63,261 bases of DNA from an uncultured bacterium (GTDB taxonomy: Bacteria; Auribacterota; Erginobacteria; Erginobacterales; Erginobacteraceae), in NCBI GenBank assembly GCA_937885075.1, contig CAKZYZ010000333.1, positions 1 to 63,261 of the forward strand. The letters are read 5' to 3'. Every line of letters begins with the position of its first letter. The stretch's first letter is position 1. A program made the position numbers and the translations under genes. Positions 8,102 through 18,534 of the stretch are shown piece after piece. The notes beneath the pieces were generated by a model. It did not search any database. It worked only from the letters and a program-made list of their open reading frames with translations, and was not told where the DNA came from.

Positions 8102-8117
8102 AAAGGAGAGAAAAAGT

Positions 8118-8405
8118 ATGAATATTCAACCGTTAGGCGACCGGGTTCTGGTTCAGAGACTGGAAGCGGCAGAGATCAAGAAGGGCGGAATCATTATCCC
8201 CGAGACTGCCCAGGAAAAACCGATGGAGGCGAAAGTAATCGCGATCGGTACCGGTAAGGTTCTGGAAGATGGGACCAAGGGCGGTTTCGAGGTAAAGAAG
8301 GGCGATCGGATCCTGATCGGGAAGTACTCCGGGACGGATATTAAGCTCGATGATGAAGAGTATCTGATCCTCAGTCAGGACGATATTCTGGCAATAGTAA
8401 AGTAA
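8118..8405 (+). CDS. groES: Co-chaperonin GroES
   Basis: 95 aa. [33 protein letters not shown]. Confidence 0.97.
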   Translation: MNIQPLGDRVLVQRLEAAEIKKGGIIIPETAQEKPMEAKVIAIGTGKVLEDGTKGGFEVKKGDRILIGKYSGTDIKLDDEEYLILSQDDILAIVK

Positions 8406-8417
8406 AAAAGGAGATAA

Positions 8418-10061
<1,644 letters not shown>

Positions 10062-10093
10062 TCTGAATTCCATCCAGGAAATTCCAATTTCCG

Positions 10094-10134
10094 AAAAAAA
10101 GGCGGTCCCGCCGTATGGCGGGGCCGCCTTTTTT
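10094..10134 (+). terminator. Rho-independent terminator after groEL (bidirectional A/T tracts)
   Basis: AAAAAAA-GGCGGTCCCGCC-GTAT-GGCGGGGCCGCC-TTTTTT. Confidence 0.85.
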
Positions 10135-10263
10135 ATGATATTGTCAAAACTGTTATGGAAGATTGAAATAGGGAAAGGAGAACTGAATATCCAACAAGGA
10201 ATATCCAATGAAAGGCAAGCTGATTTAAGGTTGTCACTTTTTGCTTGTTAAAACTTCTTCTTT

Positions 10264-10451
10264 CCCCTACCTCACCCCCGTTTATGGCAGGACAATTACA
10301 GGAAGGACTATTACCCCCTCCCTCATCCCCCTTTTTATGACAGGACCATTGCAGTCAGGACTATTAGCCTCGACTCGGCTTTTTTTGCTGTGCTTGTGCT
10401 TGCATCCCGATTATTTCGGAGCAATAGTCCTGTCTGTAATCGTCCTGTCTA
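10264..10451 (-). repeat. Family H composite element (CAGGACGATT words + G-rich GGGTGAGGTGGGG module), reverse copy, with an M3 hairpin in the centre
   Basis: Its reverse complement aligns with 43697-43808 (TTTAGACAGGACGATT..AATAGTCYTG.CTG.AATGGTYCTGTCATAAAAA.GGG.TGAGG). The centre carries GCTTGCATCCCGATTATTTCGGAGCAA. Confidence 0.8.
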
Positions 10452-10696
10452 AATTTCTTTTATTTTTTAATTCTTTTTTGTACTTGGATATTCAAAAAAA
10501 GAGAGTAGTACCAGGAAATGGTTCTAACCCGATTTAAAGAAAACGATAAGAGATAAAAGAAACAGAGAGTTTTGGTAGAACATTTTTTATGTTAGAGTGT
10601 GTTATAGAATAATAAAGTGATTCTCTGTTATTTTGCGATGGGTAAGTACAGGTAATAACAACATTAACATTATTGGATAACCATTAAGATGTAGAA

Positions 10697-11437
10697 ATGA
10701 ACATCCAAAGAGCATCACAGAACAGTCTCCTCGGGTCCCTCCATTTCTTCTTCCCGAAGGAGTGTGTTCATTGCGGGCGGCTTCTTGACTACCGGAACCG
10801 GGAGTATCTCTGTCCGGCCTGTGAGAAGTTAATAACCCAGGTCTGCCAACCACTCTGCGATCGCTGCGGTCGTCCTCTCTCAGGGGAGATAGAGTATTCG
10901 TTTGATTGCCCCGCCTGCCGGGAGAACCCGCCCCGTTTTCGCCGGGCCCGGTCGGCATTTCTTCTGATCGGTCCGGGTAAGAGCCTGGTATTGAAATATA
11001 AATACAGCAGTAATCCCTATCTCTCAGCCCCGGCAATCAACCGGATCTTCAAGACCGGGGGAGAGGAATATTGGTGGTCGGACTATGACCTTATCATCCC
11101 GGTCCCGCTTCATCCCCGCAAGGCCCGGGAGCGGGGCTTTAATCAGTCCGGTGTGCTGGCTCATGGTTTAAGCCGGAGGACAGGGATTAAACTCTCAAGA
11201 AAGGGATTGGTCCGTACTCGCTATACCGGGACTCAGACCCGCCTGAGCCGGAAGGATAGACGGAAGAATGTAAAAGGCGCCTTCCGGGTATCCGAAGGCG
11301 CCGACTTGAACGGGAAGTCAGTACTCCTGGTAGATGATGTTTATACTACCGGGGCAACGGTGAATGAGTGCGCTAATGTGCTTATGGAGGCGGGGGTGGT
11401 GAGGGTGGACGTGCTGACATTGGCGAGGGCGGGATAG
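10697..11437 (+). CDS. comF: ComF family protein (double zinc-ribbon + phosphoribosyltransferase domain)
   Basis: N-terminal CxxC pairs (CVHCGR..CPAC; CDRCG..CPAC) and the PRTase motif VLLVDDVYTTGATV. Confidence 0.85.
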   Translation: MNIQRASQNSLLGSLHFFFPKECVHCGRLLDYRNREYLCPACEKLITQVCQPLCDRCGRPLSGEIEYSFDCPACRENPPRFRRARSAFLLIGPGKSLVLKYKYSSNPYLSAPAINRIFKTGGEEYWWSDYDLIIPVPLHPRKARERGFNQSGVLAHGLSRRTGIKLSRKGLVRTRYTGTQTRLSRKDRRKNVKGAFRVSEGADLNGKSVLLVDDVYTTGATVNECANVLMEAGVVRVDVLTLARAG

Positions 11438-11444
11438 GAGAAAG

Positions 11445-11525
11445 AACAGTAATCTGTAATCGGTTATCAGTAATCGGTAAAACACACTGGCTCACCGTTT
11501 ACTGATCACTGCTTACCGATTACCT
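11445..11525. repeat. Hybrid B/D word-palindrome between convergent comF and the sugar transferase gene
   Basis: Left arm ACAGTAATCTGTAATCGGTTATCAGTAATCGGTAAA. Right arm CCGTTTACTGATCACTGCTTACCGATTACC, which mixes GCTTAC (B) and GATTAC (D) words. Confidence 0.85.
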
Positions 11526-11526
11526 T

Positions 11527-12927
11527 CTATTTTACTCCCTTCCCGCTAATGACCGTCCCCAGGGTTTTGATGACGATCAGGGAATCGAGGGCCAGGCACA
11601 TGTTCTCGATATAGAAGATGTCATAGAGCAGTTTCTCCCGGTGTTCTATGACATTGCTTGAATAACCGTAAGTGACCTGAGCCCACCCGGTTATTCCCGG
11701 TTTTACCTCCATCCTTTCCGCGTAAAATGGTATCTTTTTAATAAGCTGATTGACAAAATACGGGCGTTCCGGGCGCGGGCCGATGATACTCATATCATTG
11801 ATGATAACATTATAGAGCTGGGGAATTTCATCCAGCCGGAATCGGCGAAGAAACTTACCGATTCCGGTGACCCGGGGGTCATCCTCCTCTGCGAATACCG
11901 GACCATCAATTTCACTTTCGGCATACATGGTCCGGAATTTATAAAGAATGAATGAGTTCCCATGCAGCCCTGATCGTATCTGACTATATAGAATCGGTCC
12001 CCGGGAGTTTAACTTTATCGCCGCGGCTATCAGCAGTAATAGCGGACTTAGAACAATCAGCCCTATCAGGGAAGCTCCGGTATCGAGCAATCTCTTCAGA
12101 TCTTTATACCAGATCACCCGGTGTGATATCGGGCTGATTAGAGGAACCCGTTCGGCGGGACTGGTGGCCATCGTCCCGATGGTAGCTTCATAGAGGCTGG
12201 GAACTATCCGGAATACCACATCCTCCTGATTGAAGAGTGTGAAGATGGAGAGTATCATTTCTTTCGGCATCTGGCAGGCGATTACCACTTCATCGATCAC
12301 ATATCGGTCGATGATATCGGGTATGTCAATGACACTTCCGAGGGAAGGAGGCCCTATATCTTCAGAATCGGTCTTTGGAGCGATACTGATAAATCCAACC
12401 AGATGCCGGGCGATATTCGCTTCCCGCAGCAACCGTGTCGCCAACCGTTGGGATTCATGATCCGTCCCCACAATGAGCGTATTCGAAATGAAATAATCCT
12501 TCCCCAGGAACAGATTGATCAATCGTTTGGTAATCAAGCGCCAGGTGATGATCAGGGGGATAGTGATTAGCCAGGAGTAGAAGATAACCATCCGGGGGTA
12601 GGCAAAGGCCCGGAAGAGAAAGGCGACCACAATAATTATCAGCGTACTGGCAGTAGTGGCCTTGATTACATTGAGGACAATATCATAGGTGGTCTTGTAC
12701 TTGGGTTTGTTGTACAGGCCATAGATATAAAAGCAGAGCAGCCGGAGCGCGATGATCGGCAGGAGAAGTTGCAGATAAGCGGTAAAATTAGGACGAGGGA
12801 ATGGCCCGGTGGTCTTCCCGAAACGAATCAGGAATGAGATGATATCGGCTCCCAGGACCAGAAGAGCGTCCATCCCAATGGAACAGATAACAAGAAATAT
12901 CTTTGAGGGAAAAGCGCGTTTATTCAT
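11527..12927 (-). CDS. Polyprenyl-phosphate sugar phosphotransferase (WbaP/EPS priming transferase family)
   Basis: 466 aa with N-terminal TM helices. C-terminal bacterial sugar transferase motifs: KFRTM, DPRVTGIGKFLRRFRLDEIPQL, IGPRPERP, KPGITGWAQV. Confidence 0.9.
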   Translation of the reverse strand: MNKRAFPSKIFLVICSIGMDALLVLGADIISFLIRFGKTTGPFPRPNFTAYLQLLLPIIALRLLCFYIYGLYNKPKYKTTYDIVLNVIKATTASTLIIIVVAFLFRAFAYPRMVIFYSWLITIPLIITWRLITKRLINLFLGKDYFISNTLIVGTDHESQRLATRLLREANIARHLVGFISIAPKTDSEDIGPPSLGSVIDIPDIIDRYVIDEVVIACQMPKEMILSIFTLFNQEDVVFRIVPSLYEATIGTMATSPAERVPLISPISHRVIWYKDLKRLLDTGASLIGLIVLSPLLLLIAAAIKLNSRGPILYSQIRSGLHGNSFILYKFRTMYAESEIDGPVFAEEDDPRVTGIGKFLRRFRLDEIPQLYNVIINDMSIIGPRPERPYFVNQLIKKIPFYAERMEVKPGITGWAQVTYGYSSNVIEHREKLLYDIFYIENMCLALDSLIVIKTLGTVISGKGVK

Positions 12928-13894
12928 TGAGGAAGACGGAAAAGCCCTTCTTTAGCCGTCGGTGTGTCTGGCGGCGATCGATATCGGCTACCGTCATGTC
13001 CGGAAGGACTCTGGTGGCTACCACTTCTCCTATCTCTCTGTTCCGGTCCATTACCCGGAAGCGGTCCCCCTGCCTGACTCCATCGCTCTCCCCCCGGTTA
13101 AAGACTACAAAATCATACTGCTGGTTTACCTTGAGGACAGTACCGCGGAGAGATGGAATAGATGACCGGCTGTCTTTTACAACCAGTCCCGGCATATCGA
13201 CCGTACTGGCCGACGTTCCGGATTTAGCCTGGAATAGTTCGTCCTGGAGGGTCTTTTTCTCATCGAGGAGTGATTCTAACTTCTTATAAAGCTGTTTCTC
13301 ATTTTGCCGGGATTCCTTTGCTGTTGCCTGTAGTTCGGCGATGGTATCCTTCTCAGCTTTCAGCCTTTCTTCCAGGGTCTTTGAGAAGGCCAGGGAACTA
13401 TCCAGTTGTCTCTTCAGTTGAATCTGACCGGATTTGAGTGTGGCGGCTTCTGTCTGGAACTGGTCGCGCTCGGTTTGGACTGTCTTCAGGCCGTTTGCCA
13501 GTTCATTTGTCTCTTTGATCTGGGAGGATAATTGATTTTCCAGATCGTCTATCTGCGCTTCAATAGTCTGCCGGGTCTCAACCTCAGTCACCAGTTGCTG
13601 TGATTGGGAGCGGGTACGGGCGAAGAGGGCTATTAGCGCGACTACCAGCAGCCCGATGATGACCGGAGCGATAATCCGTCGGAGCGTAAAACTTTTCTGA
13701 GCGATGATGGTACCCGCGGATGCATCCGTGCCACCGGTTCCCCGCGCTTCGGGGGTATCGTTTCCGGTCGGCGCCGGGGGGGGGTGAGCTTCCGGAGTTA
13801 CCGCGGGCTCCGGTTTCGCCTCAGGGGGAGAGGTCTTCGGGGAATCTTCCGCCGCGGCGCCTTGCTCTTTTTTTATATCCTCTTCGTTGACCAT
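12920..13894 (-). CDS. Hypothetical membrane-anchored coiled-coil protein
   Basis: AAGGAG SD. Pro/Ala-rich N-terminus, one TM helix (IIAPVIIGLLVVALIALF), a long coiled coil and a small C-terminal beta-rich domain. Overlaps the downstream sugar transferase by 8 nt. No family recognised. Confidence 0.65.
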   Translation of the reverse strand: MVNEEDIKKEQGAAAEDSPKTSPPEAKPEPAVTPEAHPPPAPTGNDTPEARGTGGTDASAGTIIAQKSFTLRRIIAPVIIGLLVVALIALFARTRSQSQQLVTEVETRQTIEAQIDDLENQLSSQIKETNELANGLKTVQTERDQFQTEAATLKSGQIQLKRQLDSSLAFSKTLEERLKAEKDTIAELQATAKESRQNEKQLYKKLESLLDEKKTLQDELFQAKSGTSASTVDMPGLVVKDSRSSIPSLRGTVLKVNQQYDFVVFNRGESDGVRQGDRFRVMDRNREIGEVVATRVLPDMTVADIDRRQTHRRLKKGFSVFLNE

Positions 13895-13994
13895 AATGTA
13901 AACTCCTTTTAACTCAAATTAGTAAATCTAAGGATAGATAATTTAATTAGAAGAGTATATATATAGATATTTCAGGAGCTATCGTCAAGTGCTA

Positions 13995-14021
13995 TATTAT
14001 TTTTCCTTCGGAAAAATAATA
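13995..14021. repeat. AT-hairpin family copy in a divergent intergenic region
   Basis: TATTATTTTTCC-TTC-GGAAAAATAATA (12-bp stem). Confidence 0.85.
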
Positions 14022-14133
14022 GTTTGTAAACATTGAATCAGCATCAATGACTCTGCTCCATATTTTACTAGGCGGCTAACGGCCTTCAACGATCTTTAAC
14101 GACTTTATTTTTCAACGTTTTTATTTTTTAACG

Positions 14134-14152
14134 TTAGCGCCGGAGGCGCTAA
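14134..14152 (+). promoter_or_regulatory. Leader palindrome TTAGCGCC-GGA-GGCGCTAA, 5 nt before the GT2 ATG
   Basis: Perfect 8-bp stem. No SD between it and ATG 14158. Confidence 0.8.
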
Positions 14153-14157
14153 GTTCT

Positions 14158-15282
14158 ATGTCGTTATTTATTATATTTTCTATCTTTATCTTCTATACCT
14201 ATCTCGGTTATCCCCTGATACTGCTTTTTCTGGGGATGATGAAAAAGAGAAGAGACGCCCCATCTCCGGAAAGAGAATACCCCTCTATCAGTATCTTGAT
14301 TCCGGCATATAACGAAGAATCCGTTATAGTTAAGAAACTGGAAAATACCCTTAATCTCGATTATCCCCGGGAGAAATTAGAGATCGCGGTTGTCTCCGAC
14401 GGATCTACTGATAGTACGGTTGAGCTGGTCCGTCCCTATCTGGATAGAGGGGTTCTCCTCTTCGACTATCCGGAGAACCGGGGGAAGATGAGTGTTATTA
14501 ATAGGACGATCCCTGAACTTTCCGGTGAGCTGGTGGTTTTTACCGATGCCAGCGCGATCTTTCGTAACGACGCTCTGCGTTTCCTGACCTCCGGATTCAG
14601 CAGTGAGACAGTCGGGGCGGTTAGCGGCGCGCTGATCTTGAAAGAAGAGAAAGAGGCCAAGGGAGAGCTCTCGGTCGATCTGTACTGGCGATTGGAAAAA
14701 TTTGTTCGGGAGCAGGAGAGCCGGCTGTATTCATGTGTCAGCGCTACCGGAGCAATCTACGGACTGCGAAGGAGACTATTTTCAGCCCTGCCGGAAGATA
14801 CTATATTAGATGATATGCTTATTCCTCTGGATCCGGTCCGATCCGGATACCGGATTCTCTTTGAGAGCCGGGCCCTGGCTTTTGAAGAAGGGTATACCAA
14901 CCTGGAACTGGAATTCCGGCGGAAAGTCAGGACCCTGGTCGGCAATTACCAGGTATTCTTTCGAGCTCCCTGGGCGATACTGCCCTGGAAGTCCAGGATA
15001 TCCTATCTGATGATTTCACATAAGCTCTTCCGTCTCCTGGTTCCGTTCGCTCTCTTTGGGGTCTTCTTCTCCTGTGTATTCGGACCAGCTATCCTCCTCC
15101 CCATCCTTGTTCTTCAGATAATCTTTTATGCTCTGGCAGGATGTGGTTTCTTCGCGAATAAACGGGGTAATCGGCCGGGGAGACTGTTTGCCGTACCGAT
15201 GACATTCTGCCTTCTTAATGCCGCCGCTCTCCGGGCATTCGTGGTTTACTTTTTTCAGAAGAAGAGTCCGGTCTGGAAGTGA
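14158..15282 (+). CDS. Glycosyltransferase family 2 (membrane-integrated)
   Basis: ISILIPAYNEE..VVSDGSTDST..VFTDASAIF, with C-terminal TM helices. Confidence 0.9.
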   Translation: MSLFIIFSIFIFYTYLGYPLILLFLGMMKKRRDAPSPEREYPSISILIPAYNEESVIVKKLENTLNLDYPREKLEIAVVSDGSTDSTVELVRPYLDRGVLLFDYPENRGKMSVINRTIPELSGELVVFTDASAIFRNDALRFLTSGFSSETVGAVSGALILKEEKEAKGELSVDLYWRLEKFVREQESRLYSCVSATGAIYGLRRRLFSALPEDTILDDMLIPLDPVRSGYRILFESRALAFEEGYTNLELEFRRKVRTLVGNYQVFFRAPWAILPWKSRISYLMISHKLFRLLVPFALFGVFFSCVFGPAILLPILVLQIIFYALAGCGFFANKRGNRPGRLFAVPMTFCLLNAAALRAFVVYFFQKKSPVWK

Positions 15283-15345
15283 CCCGCCTTTTTGCCTTTA
15301 CTTTGCAAGCTAATATTAGTATCTCTTAACCCGATTTATCTTGGG

Positions 15346-15395
15346 GCGTTAGTTTTAGTGCACTTTCACTAAGTTAGCGCCGAAGGCGATAACTT
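15346..15395 (+). promoter_or_regulatory. Full ~50-nt leader cassette ending at the ATG of 15396
   Basis: GCGTTAGTTTTAGTGCACTTTCACT + AAGTTAGCGCC-GAA-GGCGATAACTT, followed directly by ATG. No SD. Confidence 0.8.
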
Positions 15396-16445
15396 ATGAA
15401 TGACGCAATTAAAAAGAAGTTATTTTTATTTATCCGGCTGGTGGTCAGCTTCGGGTTAATCGGATATATATTTTATTCCCTTTATGCCGCAGGAAAATTG
15501 AGCGAGCTGCCGGATTATTTTGCCTCGGCCAATTACTGGTGGCTGCTGGCGGCGGCATTTCTTCTGCTCGGACTTCTGGCGGCTGGTTCTTTGCGATGGG
15601 GGATGATTCTGGGAGCCCAGGGAATTCATCTGAGTCGTATCAGCGTATTTATGTACTATATGATCGGGATGTTCTTAAATAATTTTCTCCCCAGCACCGT
15701 GGGAGGGGATTTCGTCAAGGCGTACTATCTCTCCAAGGCTACTGGAAAAACCGCGGGTTCATTTATCTCCGTTCTGGTGGATAGATTGATGGGGATGGGG
15801 GGCCTCTGCGTGGTGGCGGTGGCGGCCTGCCTCCTGGGGGGAGTAAATCTCTGGCAAAATCCTGATACCCATTCCTACGCGCTCCCCATCTTTTTAATTG
15901 TGGGGGGAGTTACCTGCGGCCTCGGGCTATTTTTCCTGGTGGTATTCAATGATCGGGTCATGAATTTATTCCTGAAGCTGGCCCGCCGGGGAAAGATCGG
16001 AGAGAAGATAAAAGAGTTTCATCAGTCGATGTATATATATAAAGGGCACGGGAAAGTCCTCCTCCTGACGTTACTGATTTCGACATTGATCTGGGTGGTG
16101 ATAGTCCTGGTCTCCTGGATGGCCTATATGGCGTTTCATACCGGGGGAGAACCCGGTCTGCCCGGGCATATAGCGGCAATACCGATCCGATACTTCTATA
16201 TTTTCCTGCCGGTAATATCGGTTATTATGTCACTCCCTATCTCATTCGCCGGTCTCGGGATCCGGGAAGGGGTTTTTATCAAGTTGTTTGACACTCTCCC
16301 CGGAATAAGTGATGTCGATGCCTTGATTATATCGCTGACATTTTATTTTGTATTTTTATTCGTCTCCCTGATTGGAGGAGTAATATATATTTTCAAAGAT
16401 AAACTACGCGTGCACCGTGATATTATTTTTCCTGTGGAAAAATAA
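15396..16445 (+). CDS. Flippase-like / lysylphosphatidylglycerol-synthase TM-domain protein (UPF0104)
   Basis: Polytopic membrane protein with LRWGMIL..FLNNFLPSTVGGDFVKAYYL, typical of this family. Confidence 0.8.
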   Translation: MNDAIKKKLFLFIRLVVSFGLIGYIFYSLYAAGKLSELPDYFASANYWWLLAAAFLLLGLLAAGSLRWGMILGAQGIHLSRISVFMYYMIGMFLNNFLPSTVGGDFVKAYYLSKATGKTAGSFISVLVDRLMGMGGLCVVAVAACLLGGVNLWQNPDTHSYALPIFLIVGGVTCGLGLFFLVVFNDRVMNLFLKLARRGKIGEKIKEFHQSMYIYKGHGKVLLLTLLISTLIWVVIVLVSWMAYMAFHTGGEPGLPGHIAAIPIRYFYIFLPVISVIMSLPISFAGLGIREGVFIKLFDTLPGISDVDALIISLTFYFVFLFVSLIGGVIYIFKDKLRVHRDIIFPVEK

Positions 16446-16448
16446 TAT
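16420..16448. repeat. AT-hairpin family copy overlapping the stop codon of 15396-16445
   Basis: ATATTATTTTTCC-TGT-GGAAAAATAATAT (13-bp stem). The last 8 codons and the TAA lie inside the hairpin. Confidence 0.85.
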
Positions 16449-16522
16449 TGTGCAAGCATTGATTCAACACTACAGGCAGATTATAACTTAAATTAGTTTT
16501 TCTAAACTACAGGAGAAAAAGC

Positions 16523-17254
16523 ATGAAAGGAGTTATTTTAGCGGGTGGATTGGGGACCAGACTGGCTCCCCTTACCAATATTACCAACAAGCATCTCTTG
16601 CCGATCTATGACAAACCTATGATCTACTATCCCATGGAGACCCTGGTCAATGCCGGGATCGAGGATATCATGGTGGTAACCGGAGGGAATAACGCCGGTG
16701 ACTTTCTCCGTCTCCTGGGTAACGGCAAAGAGTTCGGCCTTAAATGGCTTAGGTACGCGTATCAGGATGGAGAAGGGGGGATTGCCGATGCCCTTGCCCT
16801 GGCGGAACACTTTGCCGAGGGAGATAAGATTCTGGTAATGCTCGGGGATAATGTAATCGAGAAGAATATCATTGAATCGGTAAGAAGATTTAAAGATCAG
16901 GAAAGCGGCGCCAGGATTCTCCTGAAAGAAGTAGATAACCCCCAGGATTATGGCGTCGCCGTGCTGGAGGGGGATCGGGTGGTAAATATTATCGAGAAGC
17001 CGAAAGATCCCCCGACCAACTTAGCGGTGATAGGTATTTATATGTATGATGCGCGGGTCTTTGATATGATCGGCAACATTTCTCCCAGCGCCCGGGGAGA
17101 GCTGGAGATCACCGATGTTAATAACATGTATATCGAAGCCGGGGATATGGCTTATGATGTCCTTGATGGTTGGTGGGCTGACTCCGGATCGTCGATCGAC
17201 GGCTGGTTCCGGGTTAATAAGATGGTAGCGGCGGGAGGAGCTAATAAGATTTAG
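16523..17254 (+). CDS. Sugar-1-phosphate nucleotidylyltransferase (short RmlA-like glucose-1-P thymidylyltransferase)
   Basis: MKGVILAGGLGTRLAPLT..KHLLPIYDKPMIYYP. Lies next to rfbB/rfbD. Confidence 0.85.
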   Translation: MKGVILAGGLGTRLAPLTNITNKHLLPIYDKPMIYYPMETLVNAGIEDIMVVTGGNNAGDFLRLLGNGKEFGLKWLRYAYQDGEGGIADALALAEHFAEGDKILVMLGDNVIEKNIIESVRRFKDQESGARILLKEVDNPQDYGVAVLEGDRVVNIIEKPKDPPTNLAVIGIYMYDARVFDMIGNISPSARGELEITDVNNMYIEAGDMAYDVLDGWWADSGSSIDGWFRVNKMVAAGGANKI

Positions 17255-17257
17255 GGA

Positions 17258-17502
17258 ATGGGGGATGAAAAAGTTAAAAGTGCCTAAAGTGCACTAAAGT
17301 GCCTAAAGTTGTTCGCCTGCGTAGTTAACATAGGCAGTGAGCAGAAATCAGAGGCAACAATTAACATAAATCCGTGGACTTAAAAGGGGGCGAGGCAGGG
17401 GGGCGGAAATACTGAACATCGAACGAGAAAGGCCGAGGTCGGGGGAATATTCAGTGAAAATCCGTGAAATCCGTGGACTTAAAAAGGGGCCGAGGTCGGG
17501 GG
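17258..17502 (+). repeat. Mosaic: family F left arm + two I/G-rich modules
   Basis: GTGCCTAAAGTGCACTAAAGTGCCTAAAGTTGTTCGCC (17279-17316). AATCCGTGGACTTAAAAGGGGGCGAGGCAGGGGGG (17369-17402). AATCCGTGAAATCCGTGGACTTAAAAAGGGGCCGAGGTCGGGGG (17459-17502). Confidence 0.8.
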
Positions 17503-17522
17503 ATCAAAGGAGAGATTTACTT

Positions 17523-18530
17523 ATGGGTAGAAAAATATTAGTTACCGGCGGAGCCGGGTTTATCGGGTCCAACTTTATTCATTATTGGATGAAGAAGTAT
17601 CCGGAAGACAGGGTTGTTAACCTGGATAAATTGACCTATGCCGGCAATCTCGATAACCTGAAAGATGTCGCGGATAATCCAGGATATAAGTTTGTTAAAG
17701 GTGATATCTCCGATCCGGAGGTGGTGGGGGAACTCTTCCGGGATAGACCGGATGTGGTGGTGCATTTTGCCGCGGAAACCCATGTAGATCGGTCGATCGG
17801 AAATCCGGATGATTTTATCCGGACCGATATTTATGGGACCTATGTGTTGCTGGAGGCGGCCCGGAATAGCGAGGTGGGTTGTTTTATCCAGATATCAACC
17901 GATGAAGTTTATGGCTCGGTGGAAGAAGGCTTCAGCCGGGAGACCGATACCCTCCTGCCCCGCAATCCATATGCCGCCAGTAAGACCGGTGCCGAGAGGT
18001 TGGCTTACTCCTATTTTGCCACCTATGGCCTTCCGGTCATTATTACCCGCGCTTCGAATAACTTTGGTCCATATCAATATCCGGAGAAGGTGATTCCGCT
18101 CTTCGTGACCAACGCCCTGGATGATATTCCTCTGCCTCTCTACGGGGACGGACTCAATATTCGTGACTGGCTTTTCGTGGATGATCACTGCAGCGGGATT
18201 GATCTTCTGATCCACCGGGGAGAGAAGGGAGAAGTCTATAATGTTGGGGGCGGCAATCTGCTCAATAACCGGGAATTAACCGGTCGGATCCTTGATTATC
18301 TCGGTCTTCCCGAAACCCTGATCCGTCGAGTGAAGGACCGGGAAGGGCACGATCGGCGCTACGCGCTTGATTCTTCCAAGCTGAAAGAGTTGGGCTGGAG
18401 TCCGGCGGCTGACTTTGAAAGTGAGATGAACGCTACCATTGATTGGTATCGTAATAACCGGTGGTGGTGGGAGAAGATCAAGAGCGGCGACTTTAAAAAA
18501 TACTACCGGGAGCAGTATGAGAATCGGTAG
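17523..18530 (+). CDS. rfbB: dTDP-glucose 4,6-dehydratase
   Basis: The ORF track starts at 17454, inside repeats. ATG 17523 follows an AAGGAG SD and gives MGRKILVTGGAGFIGSNF. YAASK catalytic motif present. Confidence 0.95.
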   Translation: MGRKILVTGGAGFIGSNFIHYWMKKYPEDRVVNLDKLTYAGNLDNLKDVADNPGYKFVKGDISDPEVVGELFRDRPDVVVHFAAETHVDRSIGNPDDFIRTDIYGTYVLLEAARNSEVGCFIQISTDEVYGSVEEGFSRETDTLLPRNPYAASKTGAERLAYSYFATYGLPVIITRASNNFGPYQYPEKVIPLFVTNALDDIPLPLYGDGLNIRDWLFVDDHCSGIDLLIHRGEKGEVYNVGGGNLLNNRELTGRILDYLGLPETLIRRVKDREGHDRRYALDSSKLKELGWSPAADFESEMNATIDWYRNNRWWWEKIKSGDFKKYYREQYENR

Positions 18531-18534
18531 GTAG

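Noticed and set aside
5800-8117. CIRCE (HrcA operator) or a sigma-32 promoter upstream of dnaK and groES.
   Set aside because: I could not find TTAGCACTC-N9-GAGTGCTAA or a CTTGAAA/CCCCATNT pair in either leader. Only the AT-family inverted repeat and the sigma-54-like and extended -10 boxes are present.
15346-15395. Reading the leader cassette as a sigma-70 promoter producing leaderless mRNAs.
   Set aside because: The best candidate hexamers (TTAGTT/TCAATC/TTAACT as -35, TAAGTT/TAGTTA as -10, about 17-nt spacing) match the consensus at only 2-4 of 6 positions. They would also start transcription inside the palindrome rather than at the ATG. I keep this only as an untested alternative within the finding.
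12920-16445. The sugar transferase / coiled-coil protein / GT2 / flippase-like / rml block as a novel system.
   Set aside because: The gene content is ordinary for exopolysaccharide or O-antigen-type loci. Only the 324-aa coiled-coil protein is unassigned, and it plausibly acts as a chain-length or export accessory factor.
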